From contig NC_088807.1 of assembly GCF_011386835.1 (NCBI RefSeq), positions 3,348,001-3,412,000 on the forward strand: 64,000 nt of DNA, written 5' to 3'. The notes beneath the pieces were generated by a model. The model did not search any database and had not been told where the DNA came from. It was given only the letters and a program-made list of their open reading frames with translations. This DNA comes from Chrysemys picta bellii. Its lineage: Eukaryota. The position numbers and the translations under genes were made by a program. This document shows positions 1-12,400 of this stretch, piece by piece (the first letter of the stretch is position 1; every line of letters starts with the position of its first letter).

Positions 1-382
1 GGGGCGGGAGGGGAGGAGGTGCTGTGGGAGTCAGGATTCCTGAGTTCTATCCCCCCGCTTGCGAAATACAACAAGAATTTACTGTGCACACCGTCCCCAA
101 ACCCCTGGTAGGGAATAAACGACACTGGAGGGACAGAGAAACCAAGTGGGCTGAGGGAGGAAGGGCGGGCGCGATTCCGGATGAGCCAGAGAGCAGCCAG
201 GGTGGGTGAAATACGGGGCGTGTGCCCGGGACGGCGAGCGCTGCGGGGGAGAAGGCTCTTGCGCTGAGTGTGGTGGGATTGCACGGAGGGGCGGGGCTGG
301 GCGGGGAGCAGAGAGACAGATCAGGAAGGAAGACGCCGATAGTGAAAAACAAACCAAGTGGAGCAAGGGGGAAGGTTATTAC

Positions 383-428
383 CTGACTGGCATGTCCTCC
401 AAATTCACGGCATGATCCATGAAGTAGC
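383..428 (-). CDS. SARS2: SARS2 exon 10 ([16 protein letters not shown])
   Basis: 46 nt, GT-AG. Confidence 0.93.
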
Positions 429-3400
429 CTGGAAAAGGGGGGAGGATTTCAGTGAAGGGCGCAGAAGAGGCTGATGGGGTGGCCCCCTCCACACCCTTCT
501 CCTGGGTCCAGCGGCAACAAGACCAAGGCCTCTGAGCTGCTGGACGGCTGGAGAAAGCAGGGAATAGGCAGAGCCCCCTCTACCAGCGTTAGAGATGGCT
601 TCCTGGGCTGGCTAGCAACCGTCCTGCTGGCGCAACGGAGATAAAACATGTTCCCTGCAGGGGGAGTTTTTTTTGGGGGGGAGGATTAATGTAACTCCCC
701 CCCCCCCCATTGAAACAATGAACTCCCCTCACCCCCACACCACCACGGGGACCAGCACAGGCTGTTCGCCCTGGCTCAGAGGCCCTGGCACACAATGTGC
801 TCGGAACAGCACAAAGCGCCCGCCCTGACCTAGGGCACAGGGTCACTCTGCTCCAACCCGGAGACAGGCCCAGCTGGGTGCCTGGAGGTCTTTGAGACCT
901 GCCAGCTGGAAGACGGGTGAGCGTTGGCGGTTCCTGGTTTGGGGTTTTCCCCCCAGATCTGTTCTCCCTGGAGCGCTTTTGTTCTGAATAAACAGGCCGC
1001 AACTGGCCACCGGCTAACCCCGCCGCCGGGCCGAGAGAACAGACTGGCGGGGGCCGAGCTGCTGGTGGAACCGTCGCAGCCGGAGAGTTAAGGCTCTGCC
1101 GGAGCTTGGGTCCAATTCCCAGAGGTACCCAACTCCGTAATACCCAGGCCGTTCACCGACGACTGGAGAAACCCCCCGGATTGGCGGAAGACACAAGCCT
1201 ACGGCACGCTGGAGGAACCAGGCATAGAAATGGGACGGCGTTCGTCCACCGGCCACTGTGTGACCGACCCAGCCTCAAGACGACTGGAGGCAGCATTGGC
1301 ATGGCTGGGTGGACTGGCAGCGCCCGCCCGCTATTCCCCTGGGTGCACCCGAGCGCTGAGAACCCAGCGGAGCTCGGAGATGCCTGGAAGAAAGCCACGC
1401 AGCGTGGGCACGGCCGCTCGGTGTCTGAGCGCTCTGTTGGAGACATACCCGCCCTCGCTCCGGTCGCGTGAGCGTGCGAAAAAGTGCGGCCGGAGCGGAG
1501 TCGGGGATAGTTGGAGGACGTGCCTGGGGGTCTCGGAGGGGAGGGGCCACACCGCTATTCTTAGCCTGCTAGCTCCGTCAGAGCAGAGAACGACAGCTCC
1601 CAGCTCCAGGGCAGACGAACTCAAAGCCCCCCGCCGGGAGGAAGAGGGCGGTGGGATCCTGCCCCCATGAAGCTGCCGGCTGGAGGCCTGAGATCTAAGC
1701 GGAGAGGCAGGTGCCGGCAGAGTTCCTAGCTCCCGGAGCGTTCGAGGACCTCAGGAAAGAAGCTGTTTAATCCAGTTTCTCAGGGCCTGGCCTCAGAGCC
1801 GCCAAACTTACAACTGAAAAATAAGTTTTCCCAGGCCTAGGTCTGGTCCCTTCTCCCTTTTGCTCAGCTTCCTTTTCCCGTGTACAAACAGCCCCAGCGC
1901 GGGGCAGGGCGCACCGGGATTGCATCCCGGCTGCCGCTCCAGCCGGTCCCTTAAAGGGGTAATATGTCCTGCCACCGGTGTGGGGTCGGAGGTGCAGCAA
2001 ATGCAGGAACTGTAAACAATCAGACATCAGCCCAGGGGCATGGCTCCCCCTGGGGCTCAGGGATGAGACTGACCTCATCTCACATTGACCCGGGCCCTTC
2101 CACCCCATCCCCAGCAGCTACGCCAGTGCGGCTAAAATGCAGCCACCTCTGGGGCACAGCGCGTTTCAGTGTCGCAGCAGGAAGCGGAGGAAGGACATGG
2201 CCTGACGGTTCCTGCCTCACCTGCGATGCCGACCTCGGAGGTGCCAGCCAGGCACAGGTCCTCGAAGCGGGACGGGTCGATGTTGTACACGGGGGACGGG
2301 ACGGCGTTGGGCTGCATGCCACAGCCTTCCTGGAGGACAGAGGTTGCAGAGCCCTGGTTATTTCCGTGGTGTCCAGCTCTCTGGCAGAGCACCCCAGCCC
2401 TGCACCTCCAGTCCTGGGTGGCCACCCTATCGGCTTATCCAGAATCACGCCTGTCCTCCCTCCCTCCCAAATTCCAGGCTCCGAGAGGTGGCCGGCCACT
2501 CTGCACGGGCGATGGACCCACGGCCCTGCTACGAGTGGGAGAAATGGAGGGCAAGGGAGACTGCAAGGGGCCTGGAGCAGGGTGGGCAGACCCCCGGGGA
2601 GCACCGGTAACACGGGGAGGAGCAGTGTATGACCCTGGGAATACTGGGCTTGGGGGAAGTCGGCCCGGCTGCCACTCTCAACGGAGAGCCGGGGGACGGG
2701 GTGGGTGCCCGGGAGCTGAGGGCAGAGAGGGAGCTGGGAGCCGGGGGCGGAATGGGCACCCGGGAATTGGCACTGCTGGGAACGCAGAGACAGGGGCCGG
2801 GAGCCAGCGTCACTGGGATCCCAGAGCTGGGGGCAGGCGGGATCGAGCTGTAACAGGAACACGGGGATAGAGGAGTCGGGGACCAGCGCTGGGAACACGG
2901 CGCCGAGTCAGCCGGCCTCTGGGAGACCCTACTGCCAAGGCCAGCAGAGAAGGGGGGAAATCAGAGACGTCCGTGTTCCTGGGCAGGGAGGGGCCGGGGC
3001 TCCGTCCCCAGGGCACTTACAAACACGGCTCCTCGCAGCAGGTCGGGAACAGCCATCGGAATGAAGCCCTAGGCGGGGAGAGAGAAAGGAGAAGATCCTA
3101 CAGGCCAGCGCTCAGCGGCGGATCCAGGGCAACTGCCCCAGCATGCCCTGCAGGGACCCCGGGGAGATTGGGCTCCGTGACCCCATTCAGCCTCTGTGGA
3201 GACTGCCGACCAGGGGGTTGAATTCTGGGGGCGGTTTGGCGTTGCCGACGGCAGGAGCTGGCCTGAGACCGACCAAACGCAGGACACAGGGTCTATCCGA
3301 GGACACCGGCGGGGCACGGAGCAGCCTCAAAATCCTATTAATGAACCCAATCCTTGACACCCCCTCAAACACGGACTGGTCAGCGGCACAGTCTGGAACA

Positions 3401-6400
3401 GAACCTAGGAGTCTTGACGACGACTCCTCTCCCCTCCGCTCCCCGGCTGCTCTAACCACTGGACCCCACTCCCCTCCCAAGTCTGGAAATAGAACCCAGC
3501 AGTCCCGGCTCCCAGCCCCACCCTCCCCTTCCACGGCTGGGAGCAGAACCCAGGAGTCCTGGATCTCTGCTCTAACCACTAGATTCCCACCCTCCCCAAG
3601 CCCAGAAATAGAGCCCAGGAGCCCAACCTCCCAACTCGCCTAGACTGCACTCCCCTTCCAGAGTTGGGAACAGAACCCTGGAGTCCTGACTCCCAGCCCC
3701 TACCCATTCCAGCTACCAGTCCCCACTCCACTCCCAAAGCTGGGGAGAGAGCCCAGACGCCTCGCACCCTGCTCCAACCACTAGACCGTGCTGCCCCCAT
3801 GCCGCACGGCCGGAAGTACCTGTTTCACCAGCTTGCTGACTGTGAACTGGACGAGGGCGTGCTGGAGCATGGCTCCGGCCCCTCGGAGATAATAGGAGCG
3901 GTGGCCTGAGATGTGAGAGAGGCGCCTGTATGGGGAGAGACGGGAAGAGAGACCATTTCAAGCCACTTCCATTGGGCAACATGCTCCCGGAAGCATAGCG
4001 CAGCGGGCACAGCCCTAACCCGGAGCCCAGCTCTGCCGCCGGCTGCCTGTGCGATCACGGCCAAGTCACTTAGTCTCTCCGGGCCTCAGTTTCCCCAGCT
4101 GTATAACAGCACCGCCCTACCTCACAGGGCGGGTCGTGGGGAGTTTCAGATTGTCAGTCACCATTCCAGGACGTTGAGCAATTGGAGAAGGCTCAGAGAG
4201 CGATTAAAGGCTTGGAAAACCTGCCTTAGAGCGAGAGACTCAATCTACACAGCTCAACCAAGAGACGTTTAAGGGGCAGCTTGGCCCCAGGTTATAAGTA
4301 CCTCCGTGGGGAACAACTATTTACTAACGGGCTCTTCAGTCCAGCAGAGACAGGCCTAACATGTCGTCATTGCTGGAAACTGGACAAATTCAGCTAGGAA
4401 ACAAGGCGTACATGTTACAGGTGAGGGGAATTAACCACTGGAGCAATTGACCAAGCGTCCCGGGGAATTCTCCATCACGGACAACGTTTAAATCAAGCGT
4501 GCTAAAAGTTCTGCTTTGGGGCTGTTCTCTGGCCTGGGCTATACAGGGGGTCAGCCCAGACGATCACGGTGGTCCCTTCTGGGGGGGAATTTGTGCCGAG
4601 CCGAGGGTGATGGGTGAAGGAACGGAGACAGAAAGAGCTATTGTCCCGTTTAATCGACTCCCGAAGCCAGGACCCAGCCCCGTGACGCCCGGGCAGACGC
4701 GGAGAGAGAGGAGCCTTTTTCCATGACGGGCCGTCGCCCCCACCCGAGGGCAGTGGGGGAGTCAGGGGAGGCGCGCCTGATGTCGGAAAGTGCCCGAGGC
4801 CCACAGCCGAACAACAGGGAGGATAAAGGGCAGCCCATGCAACATTTATGGCCCCTCCATTCTGCAGGGGGCCGGGGCGTCAGCAATCAGCTAATGGGCC
4901 CTGAGAGAGCGACAGCTGCTCTGCAACTCACGGCCCCTGAGGCGTCCGGAAGCAGCAGGTGGTTGATGACTTTAGTGCCGCCGGATGCCCTGGCTACAAG
5001 AACAACACGCCTATCGGAGGGTGCCCTGAGGACCAGGCAGGTCCCCCCTTTGATGTGGTTAGAGCGGGGGTGTGGGGGCGCAACAGGACTCCTGGGTTCT
5101 ATTCTCAGTCCAACCTCTGAATCCCTCAGGCAGCTCAGTCAAGTCACTGCCTCGCTCTGTGCCTCAGTTTCCCCACCTGGGAAGTGGAGAGAATACGACA
5201 TCCCAGCCTCTCAAGGGTGGGGTTTTTAGAGGGGCTGATTCAGGGTGGTGAAGCTCGAGATCTTTGCCATTTCACAGAGAGGAGGGAACAGAGAGAGCGA
5301 GAGAGGGGTGAAGGGACTTGCCGCCAACTCACACAGCAAGGCAGTGTCGGAGCCAGAAACAGAACCTGGGAATCCCGACTCCCAGCCCTGCCCACTCTAA
5401 CCACTAGACCCCACTCCTCGCCCAGAGCTGGGAACAGAACCCAGGAATCCTAACCCCATCCCCCTGGTTCTAACCACTAGACCCCACTCCCCACCCAGAA
5501 CCGGGGAGAGAACCCAGGAGTCCTGGCTCCCAGCCCCCCCTGCTCTAACCACCAGCCCCCACACCCCTCCCAGAGCCAGGTACAGAACCCAGGAGTCCCG
5601 ACTCAGGCCCCGTTTGCTCTAATCACTAGACCCCACTTCCTCTTTGTAATTCAGACCTAGGCTCTTCCATGAACCCGTCTCCCCATGTCAACTGGTAGCT
5701 GTGAGCTCCCGTCTAGCCAGAGCAGATCACGCTGTTCACCACCAAACAGGCCAGAGGTAGGTTCCCAAGAATCACTGTCTGACCGCTGCCATTTTGGGAG
5801 ACATGCCGGGGGACTGAACCAGGCACCCGGAGAGCTGAAATCACAAGCTGCTACGAGCCAGGCCTCTCGATCTGGCTCTTAACAGACGCGCCTCCCCTAC
5901 GGACACGAGCCACGTAACACACACGGCCCAGCGCGTGGCACCTGGGCATTAAAGCGGCAGATCCGCAGCTGGTTCAAGCTGCCGGAGCTCCACTGAACTC
6001 CGTGGCGCTCCATCCCTTTGTAGCTGGCTGAGGACGTGGGTCGTTGACGATGGCGGTTTCTTTTCCTGCCTCCCCCGGTCTGCGGCGTTCTGCCTAGTTG
6101 CTCCCCCAGCAACCATCTGCCGCCCTGCCAGAGAGAGTTTACGGCTCTCCCCGCACAGAGCGCAAACGATGCAAAGCAGATTAGCCTGATGGCGGACGGG
6201 CGGGCGACATTTACGAGCGATCGGCGGCTGCTGGGGGCCACCTTGTCTCGGCTGTTTTAAAGAGAGCAGCCCTTTGACTCAAACAAGCCCCAGTCTGCCA
6301 TCCTGCCTGGACTAAGGTTCTGCTCTCTTCTCCCCCAGGACTGCCCCGGTAGACAGCATCCCCAGGGCCTGATTTTCACAGGTGCTCAGCTCCCACAACT

Positions 6401-9400
6401 CTGAGGTCAACGGCTCAGCGCCACTGGAAGTCAAGCCCCCGGCCAAACAATCCTCAGCTCCCCCTGATTAGATGTGTTCTAGGAGCCCCACTGAAACCAG
6501 GGCCCTGCAGAGGCAGTCCCCGCCCCAAGGAGCTCACAGGCTGAGGTCAGGGTTGGGAGGGGAAACTGAGGCACCAGCTGCCTCGTCAATGCAATAGCAA
6601 AATGCAGTCCCCCCAGTCTCTCCAAACCTGACCCTTTGCCAGAGACAGGAGGGTATAAATGCTGGAGAGGGGTCTAGCGAGTCACGGCCCTTTAGGCGCC
6701 AAGGGTCTGACGCTCAGTTAGATTTGGGACCCTCCAGCAGTCGAATGGTGTGTGGAGGTGGCCCCGAGAATCCACCCTGCGCAGCGGTCTCCGCAGGTGG
6801 GGTGCAACTGGCAAAGGGGCCTGGCCCCCAGCATAGGGGGCGGATCAGGGACGTGGCCAGAGCGTACCATGCTGTGGTTATTCTCTGCCCCCCGCGGCCC
6901 ATGGGGGTGGAACATGGGTTAGAGCGGCCCTGAAGCTTTGCGCCTTATTTCAGTCTATTTGTCCAGCTTCAACTTCCAACCAATGGAGCTTGTCAGAGCT
7001 TTGTCTGCGAGACCGAAGAGCCCTTTCTCTTGTCACGTTTCTGCTCTCCACATACGCACTTAGAGACTGGGATCAAGTCTCTCCTTAACCTTCTCTTCGG
7101 TAAGATAAAACCGCGATTGGGCTCTTTGAGTCTAAGGCCGGTTTTCTAACCCTTTCATCTGACCCCATTTACCCACATCTCTCTTGAATTGTGGGCCCCA
7201 GTACTGGACACGGGATTCCAGCAGTGGTCGCACTACCAAAGTGATATTCAAGGCATGGAGTCTCCATGCAGCCTTTCGGCACATGGGACCAGCAGCAACG
7301 GTGGCTTTCGCACACAGCAGGCTGAGAACCACAAACTTGGATCGCTTTGGGGGGAGGCGTTTAATTTGTCTCCAAATGTCCCTCCTTTTGGGGGGGGAGG
7401 GGGGAAAGGAGGGAAGATGCATCAAGATTATTTTCCTGGCTTTGCTCTCTGCCTAATTTAAGGGAACTCCGTAGCATTTAACGTGGAGGGCTCAGAGCCG
7501 GGCGGCCAAAGCCTACGTATCACGCAGGCCTTGGTCTCAGATTTCAACCCTAAGTTCAGTGTAACGTAGCCCTAACAACAAACCTTTCCCCCCCACCTGC
7601 CCCCTCATCTTACCTTTGTCTGATGATATCCAGGTCTTCCCCAATTTCCAGGTGCCCCCTCACTTTGAAATCAAAAGCTAAAATGAAGGGGAGGGGAAAC
7701 AAAATGTTAAAGCCACAACGGGGTCCCAGGAGACACGTCACGGCTGCAGGGGACTCTTCCCCTCCCCGAACTCAACGGACTCAGTACTGCGCCGGATCCA
7801 GAGAGCAAAAAGCACTTTGCAGTCGGGCAAACCACCCGGGAGATTGGGCAAGTGTTAGCCCCTGTTGCAGCTGGGGAAACTGAGGCACGGAGCAGGGACT
7901 TGACTTGCTCAAGGTCACAAAGGGGGTCAGTGACAGAGCTGGGAAGACACGGTCAAAGTTGTTTTGTTTCTCAATTGCAAGACAGGACCCAGGAGTCCTG
8001 ACACCCAGACAGCTAATGCACGAGTGACCATACACTCCGACTATCAGCATTCTCCCCTCACAGGGATGCTGCGTGGCTGCTCTCATCCTACGTCTTAATA
8101 TTTGGTGTCTTCCCACCCCCGAAACACACACACTGCTGCCGAAGACCTACAGAACCCAGGCTCTCTCTGCCTGTAAGCTGCTGCTCCCAGAGTTCCCCGG
8201 GGCTCATGGGGACAAAGCCGGTCTTTCCCCTTCTCCCCAGCAGATGTTCCCATCTCCAAGGTGGATTTGGAGAAGGCAGGTCACAACCAAGGCTAACCAG
8301 GGGCCAGATTCCCCCCCAGCTGGGGGAAGATGGGATCAGGAATGCCAGCTGTAGATGGGCTTTGCAGCCGGCCTGTGTGACCCCCCCCATATACGGGGTC
8401 CGAAACCCCCCTCTGAGAATCTGCTTCTTACCTGGTTTCTCTCCCACGACCTCCACCACCCTGGCTTGGCTCTCGTCTCCGATGGGCTGGAGGAAGGAAA
8501 GGTCAAAGGTCACATGGGACCACCACAAAGGTTCAAGAGAGGCATGGGGAACGCACTCCAAAACCAAAGCGGACGAGCCCCATAATTACATGGCTTTCTC
8601 TCTCTCTGACCCGGCCTCGGGACACGGCACCACCTAGAGGCTAACTGAATTCCAGGGTACCGGAAAGGGAATGGTGGGAGTTTGCGCGTTCGACCCAAAG
8701 TCCCACAATTCCAACGGCAGCGTGAGGAAAAACCCCGCAATGCAGAGTGCGCAGCAGTAGAACACTGCATGCTGGGATGCTTACCCAGAATGCAGCGCGC
8801 CTATTTACGATCTGCAAGGGAAGTAGCTCTAGCCGGTTTAGCAAGTAAGTGTGGACACACTCCTTTGGGTCAGTTATACCTGTATTATCAGAGCCAAGAC
8901 ACCCTTTCCGCAATAGGCAAGCCCTAAGTATGACTAGCTAGGTTCTCTAAGACCATAAGAACGGCCATACTGGGTCAGACCGAGGGTCCATCTAGCCCAG
9001 TATCTTGTCTCTGACAGTGGCCAGTATCAGAGCTTCAGGGGGAGCGTACAGAACAGGGCAATTCTGGAGAGATCCACCCTGTCTTCCCCTCCCGGCTTCT
9101 GGCAGTAACCACACCCAGACTCCCTGATCCGCCTCTCCAGTGTCTGTAGAGGAGAGGCCATTGGTTAAAGGTGGGGACCCGGGCAGAAATCAATATAGCT
9201 AATGGAAGGGGAGCAGGGTCTAGCGGTTAGAGCTGCAGATACGCCGCACCGTTAGCAAAAAAGTCAGGCCATGATATTGTAAGAACGGCTGTGTGCTATG
9301 CACGGTGCAACACTCCCCTTCGTGGGCGTATGTAGGATGGATGGATAGAGAGAGAAGATTTTAAGGCCAGAACAAGGGAACGTTAGATCATCTAGTCCAG

Positions 9401-12400
9401 GGGTGGCCAACCTGAGCCTGAGAAGAAGCCAGAATTTTACAATGTACATTGCCAAAGAGCCACAGTAATACGTCAGCATGCCCCCCCCCAATCAGCTCCC
9501 CCCTCTCCCTGTGCCTCCCACCCGCCGGCCTCCCCCTCCCTCCCCGCAGCTCCCGATCAGCGGTTTCGTGGTGTGCAGGAGGCTCTGAGGGGGAGGGGCG
9601 AGGGCACGGCAGGCTCAGGGGAGGGGGCGGGAAGGGGTGGAGTGGGGGCCGGGCCTCTGGCAGAGCCAGGGGTTGAGCAGGGAGCACCCCCTGGCCCACT
9701 GGAATGTTGGCGCCTGTAGCTCCAGCCCCGGAGTCGGTGCCTACACAAGGAGCCGCATATTAACCTCTGAAGAGTCGCATGTGGTTCCGGAGCCCCAGAT
9801 TGGCCACCCCTGATCTAGTCTGACCTCCTGTAGAGCACAGGGTGGAGATTTTCACCCAGCCACCCCTGTACTGAGTCCAAGCACTTGTGGCTGGCTACCC
9901 CGTCTTCCTGAAAGGCATCCAGTCGGGATTTGAAGCCATCAAGAGCTGGAGAGCTGGTGCCAACGGTTAATCACCCGCACGGTTTACCGGTGCCTTCTTT
10001 CTAACCGGACTTGGTCCGGCTTTAATGTCCAGCCGTTGGTCCTAGTTCTGCCTTTCTCCGCTCGATTATAGAATCTTCTCACACCTGGTCCTTTCTCCCC
10101 GGTGACCAAGTCACCTCTCCAGCTTCTCTTTGGGACACTGACCAGACTGAGCTCCTTAAGTCTCTTCCTGTCAGGCGTTTCTTGGATCCCTTTCGTGGCT
10201 CTTCTCTGCCCCCTCCCTTGTACACGAGCAGCTGTTTAAGTCAAAGCTCAGGGACAGACTTGACTGAAATAAGGTGAAAGTTCCATATAGACATCTAAAG
10301 CCCGGGTGACTGAATCCACATCCATTACAAGCTCCTAGCTTTACCGAGATCTCTTCTGTACTCAGAGTTTCCTACCAACTCTAATGTTAAGCCTTGCAGT
10401 GTCTTGAGTGACTATTGTGCACCCGTACAGCAACCCTCTGTCCCATGACCCAGCAGCCCCGCTTACCACATCAGGGTGGGTCCAGTTCGGCAGTTTCAGA
10501 GCCTTCAGGTAGTACTGTTCATCCAGCACCAGCTCCTCTTGGTACAGGGAATTCAGCTGGTGACGTATTTCCCGCCCGCGGTTCCGTAGCGCCTGGTAAT
10601 CGGGAAGCTGTTTGGGGGAGCAGATGAGCATATAGGGAGGAGGAGTGAGTCTCAGACAGATCAAGGATTAAAAAGGAGCCTGATATATGTCTGATGGCTG
10701 AGTTTTATCGCACTCTTTGTGGTTCATTGCCCATGGGCCCCTGAGTATTACAGGACCTTCTCAACAGCTTGTACCCGGCACTGTATTACAGCGTTCATTT
10801 CCACTGTCTCTTTCAACCACAAACCTCAAATCAGCATCCACCTCCACTGGGGAGTGGTAGCATCAGCCCCCTTTGGAAATTTAGAAACTGGGCACAGAAA
10901 GGCGACCCGCCCAGCGTCACACAGCGGCAGCCCTGGGAACTGAACTCGGACACCAGGCCAGCCAGTCCCGTGTTCCAACAACTAAGCCATGCGTCCCCTC
11001 CCAGAGCTGGGAACGGAACCATTCCACGGGACACCCATCACACGCTTTAACTGCCAGATAACCCCTCTTTTTTTTAAAAGCCCTGAACATCAGTGATTTG
11101 AATTGTGGTGAAGCCTAAAGGTCACACTGAAGACCAGAGCCTCATTGCATTAGGACAGAAAAGAAGATACAGTTCATGCACCAGAGGGCTTAAAATCTAA
11201 AGACAGACAAAGGCGGGGTAAAAATAAAAGATGAATTATCTTCATTTTACAGCTGGAGAACTGAGGCTCAGGGTCACACAGGAAGTCCAGTGCCCTAACC
11301 CCCATGCCCTGACTTCCTCTCAAAGCCACCTGGCCACGCCTCATCCTGTTGCCCTAACCTCCATCCTTCCGAGTGAGGAGGATTTCTAAGGCGCTCTCCA
11401 TATGCTCCTGCCAGGGCTTGTAAGGTACGAGGCCTTCTGCTAACAGCACATTCATGCTAAAAGCAGGGAAGGGCCAAAACCAGCGGCCACAGATCAAACA
11501 GGCCCTGCGGAGTCCTAAAAATGAAGCCTTCTAACACAGCTGATCACCTGCAGTTTTCTGTCGCACAGCTCCACTAATACATATCTATTCAGGTAGCTAG
11601 CAAGAAATCCAATGATCTGTGCGTGCTTCATGTCATAGTGTAAAAACCCAAGTCAGTTTCTGGACTATTAGGTGTGGCCTTTGGGCTTCTGAATGGATTA
11701 TCAAAGCAGATTTGGGTGGCTACAGTCTGATCAATTTCAAATTTTCAGGGAATATTTTAGGCATCAAGACACTGGGCCCAATTGATTTGGGGGGAATCGG
11801 AAAACAGGATTTCAGTGCTTTAAGTGACAGCAAAGTCAGACTCAGCGTGGCCGTTTGCTGCAGCAGGTGGTGGACATCTCTCTGGCGCCCCCTGCTGTTG
11901 CTTACGCATCACAGGCAACAGCTTAATATTCTGCTCTCCTTGGGTTTACAACTTAAGGAATGAAGTGTGTGACCCTCTAGCGCCCATCTGCAGAGGTCAA
12001 GCGTGCACTTAACTCTTCCTTCCGCTTCCACAGATTGTTACATTAGCAAAATCTGGCTCTTACCGCCTGCAACGTGCTCTTGTCCTGGGTCTCCTGGAAG
12101 GGAAAAAAGAAAAACAGTAGGTAGTAAGAGTTATTTCCTTGCTGAAGGGTGTCTGGCCTAAAGAAAACAAAACCAGGGATGCCTGGATTGTATGAAAGTG
12201 AGCATTGTATGGAAATATTGTATTGCACACTGGGGCTGTTTGGAAACATAGGGGAGAAGGGGGCTGTCTGGGGCCTAGCAGAAAATCTCACCCCAGGGCC
12301 CGGGAGTAAATCTACACACTATGCTCCCGATTCTCTGCTAACTTATCACCAGTGTAACTCCACCCACTTCCCTGGGGTCACTTCAGTTTTGCACCAGCGT

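Noticed and set aside
1964-2898. 222-, 233- and 272-aa ORFs around SARS2 exon 9
   Set aside because: GC-rich intronic and MITE-like sequence overlapping a real 109-nt exon; no coherent protein.
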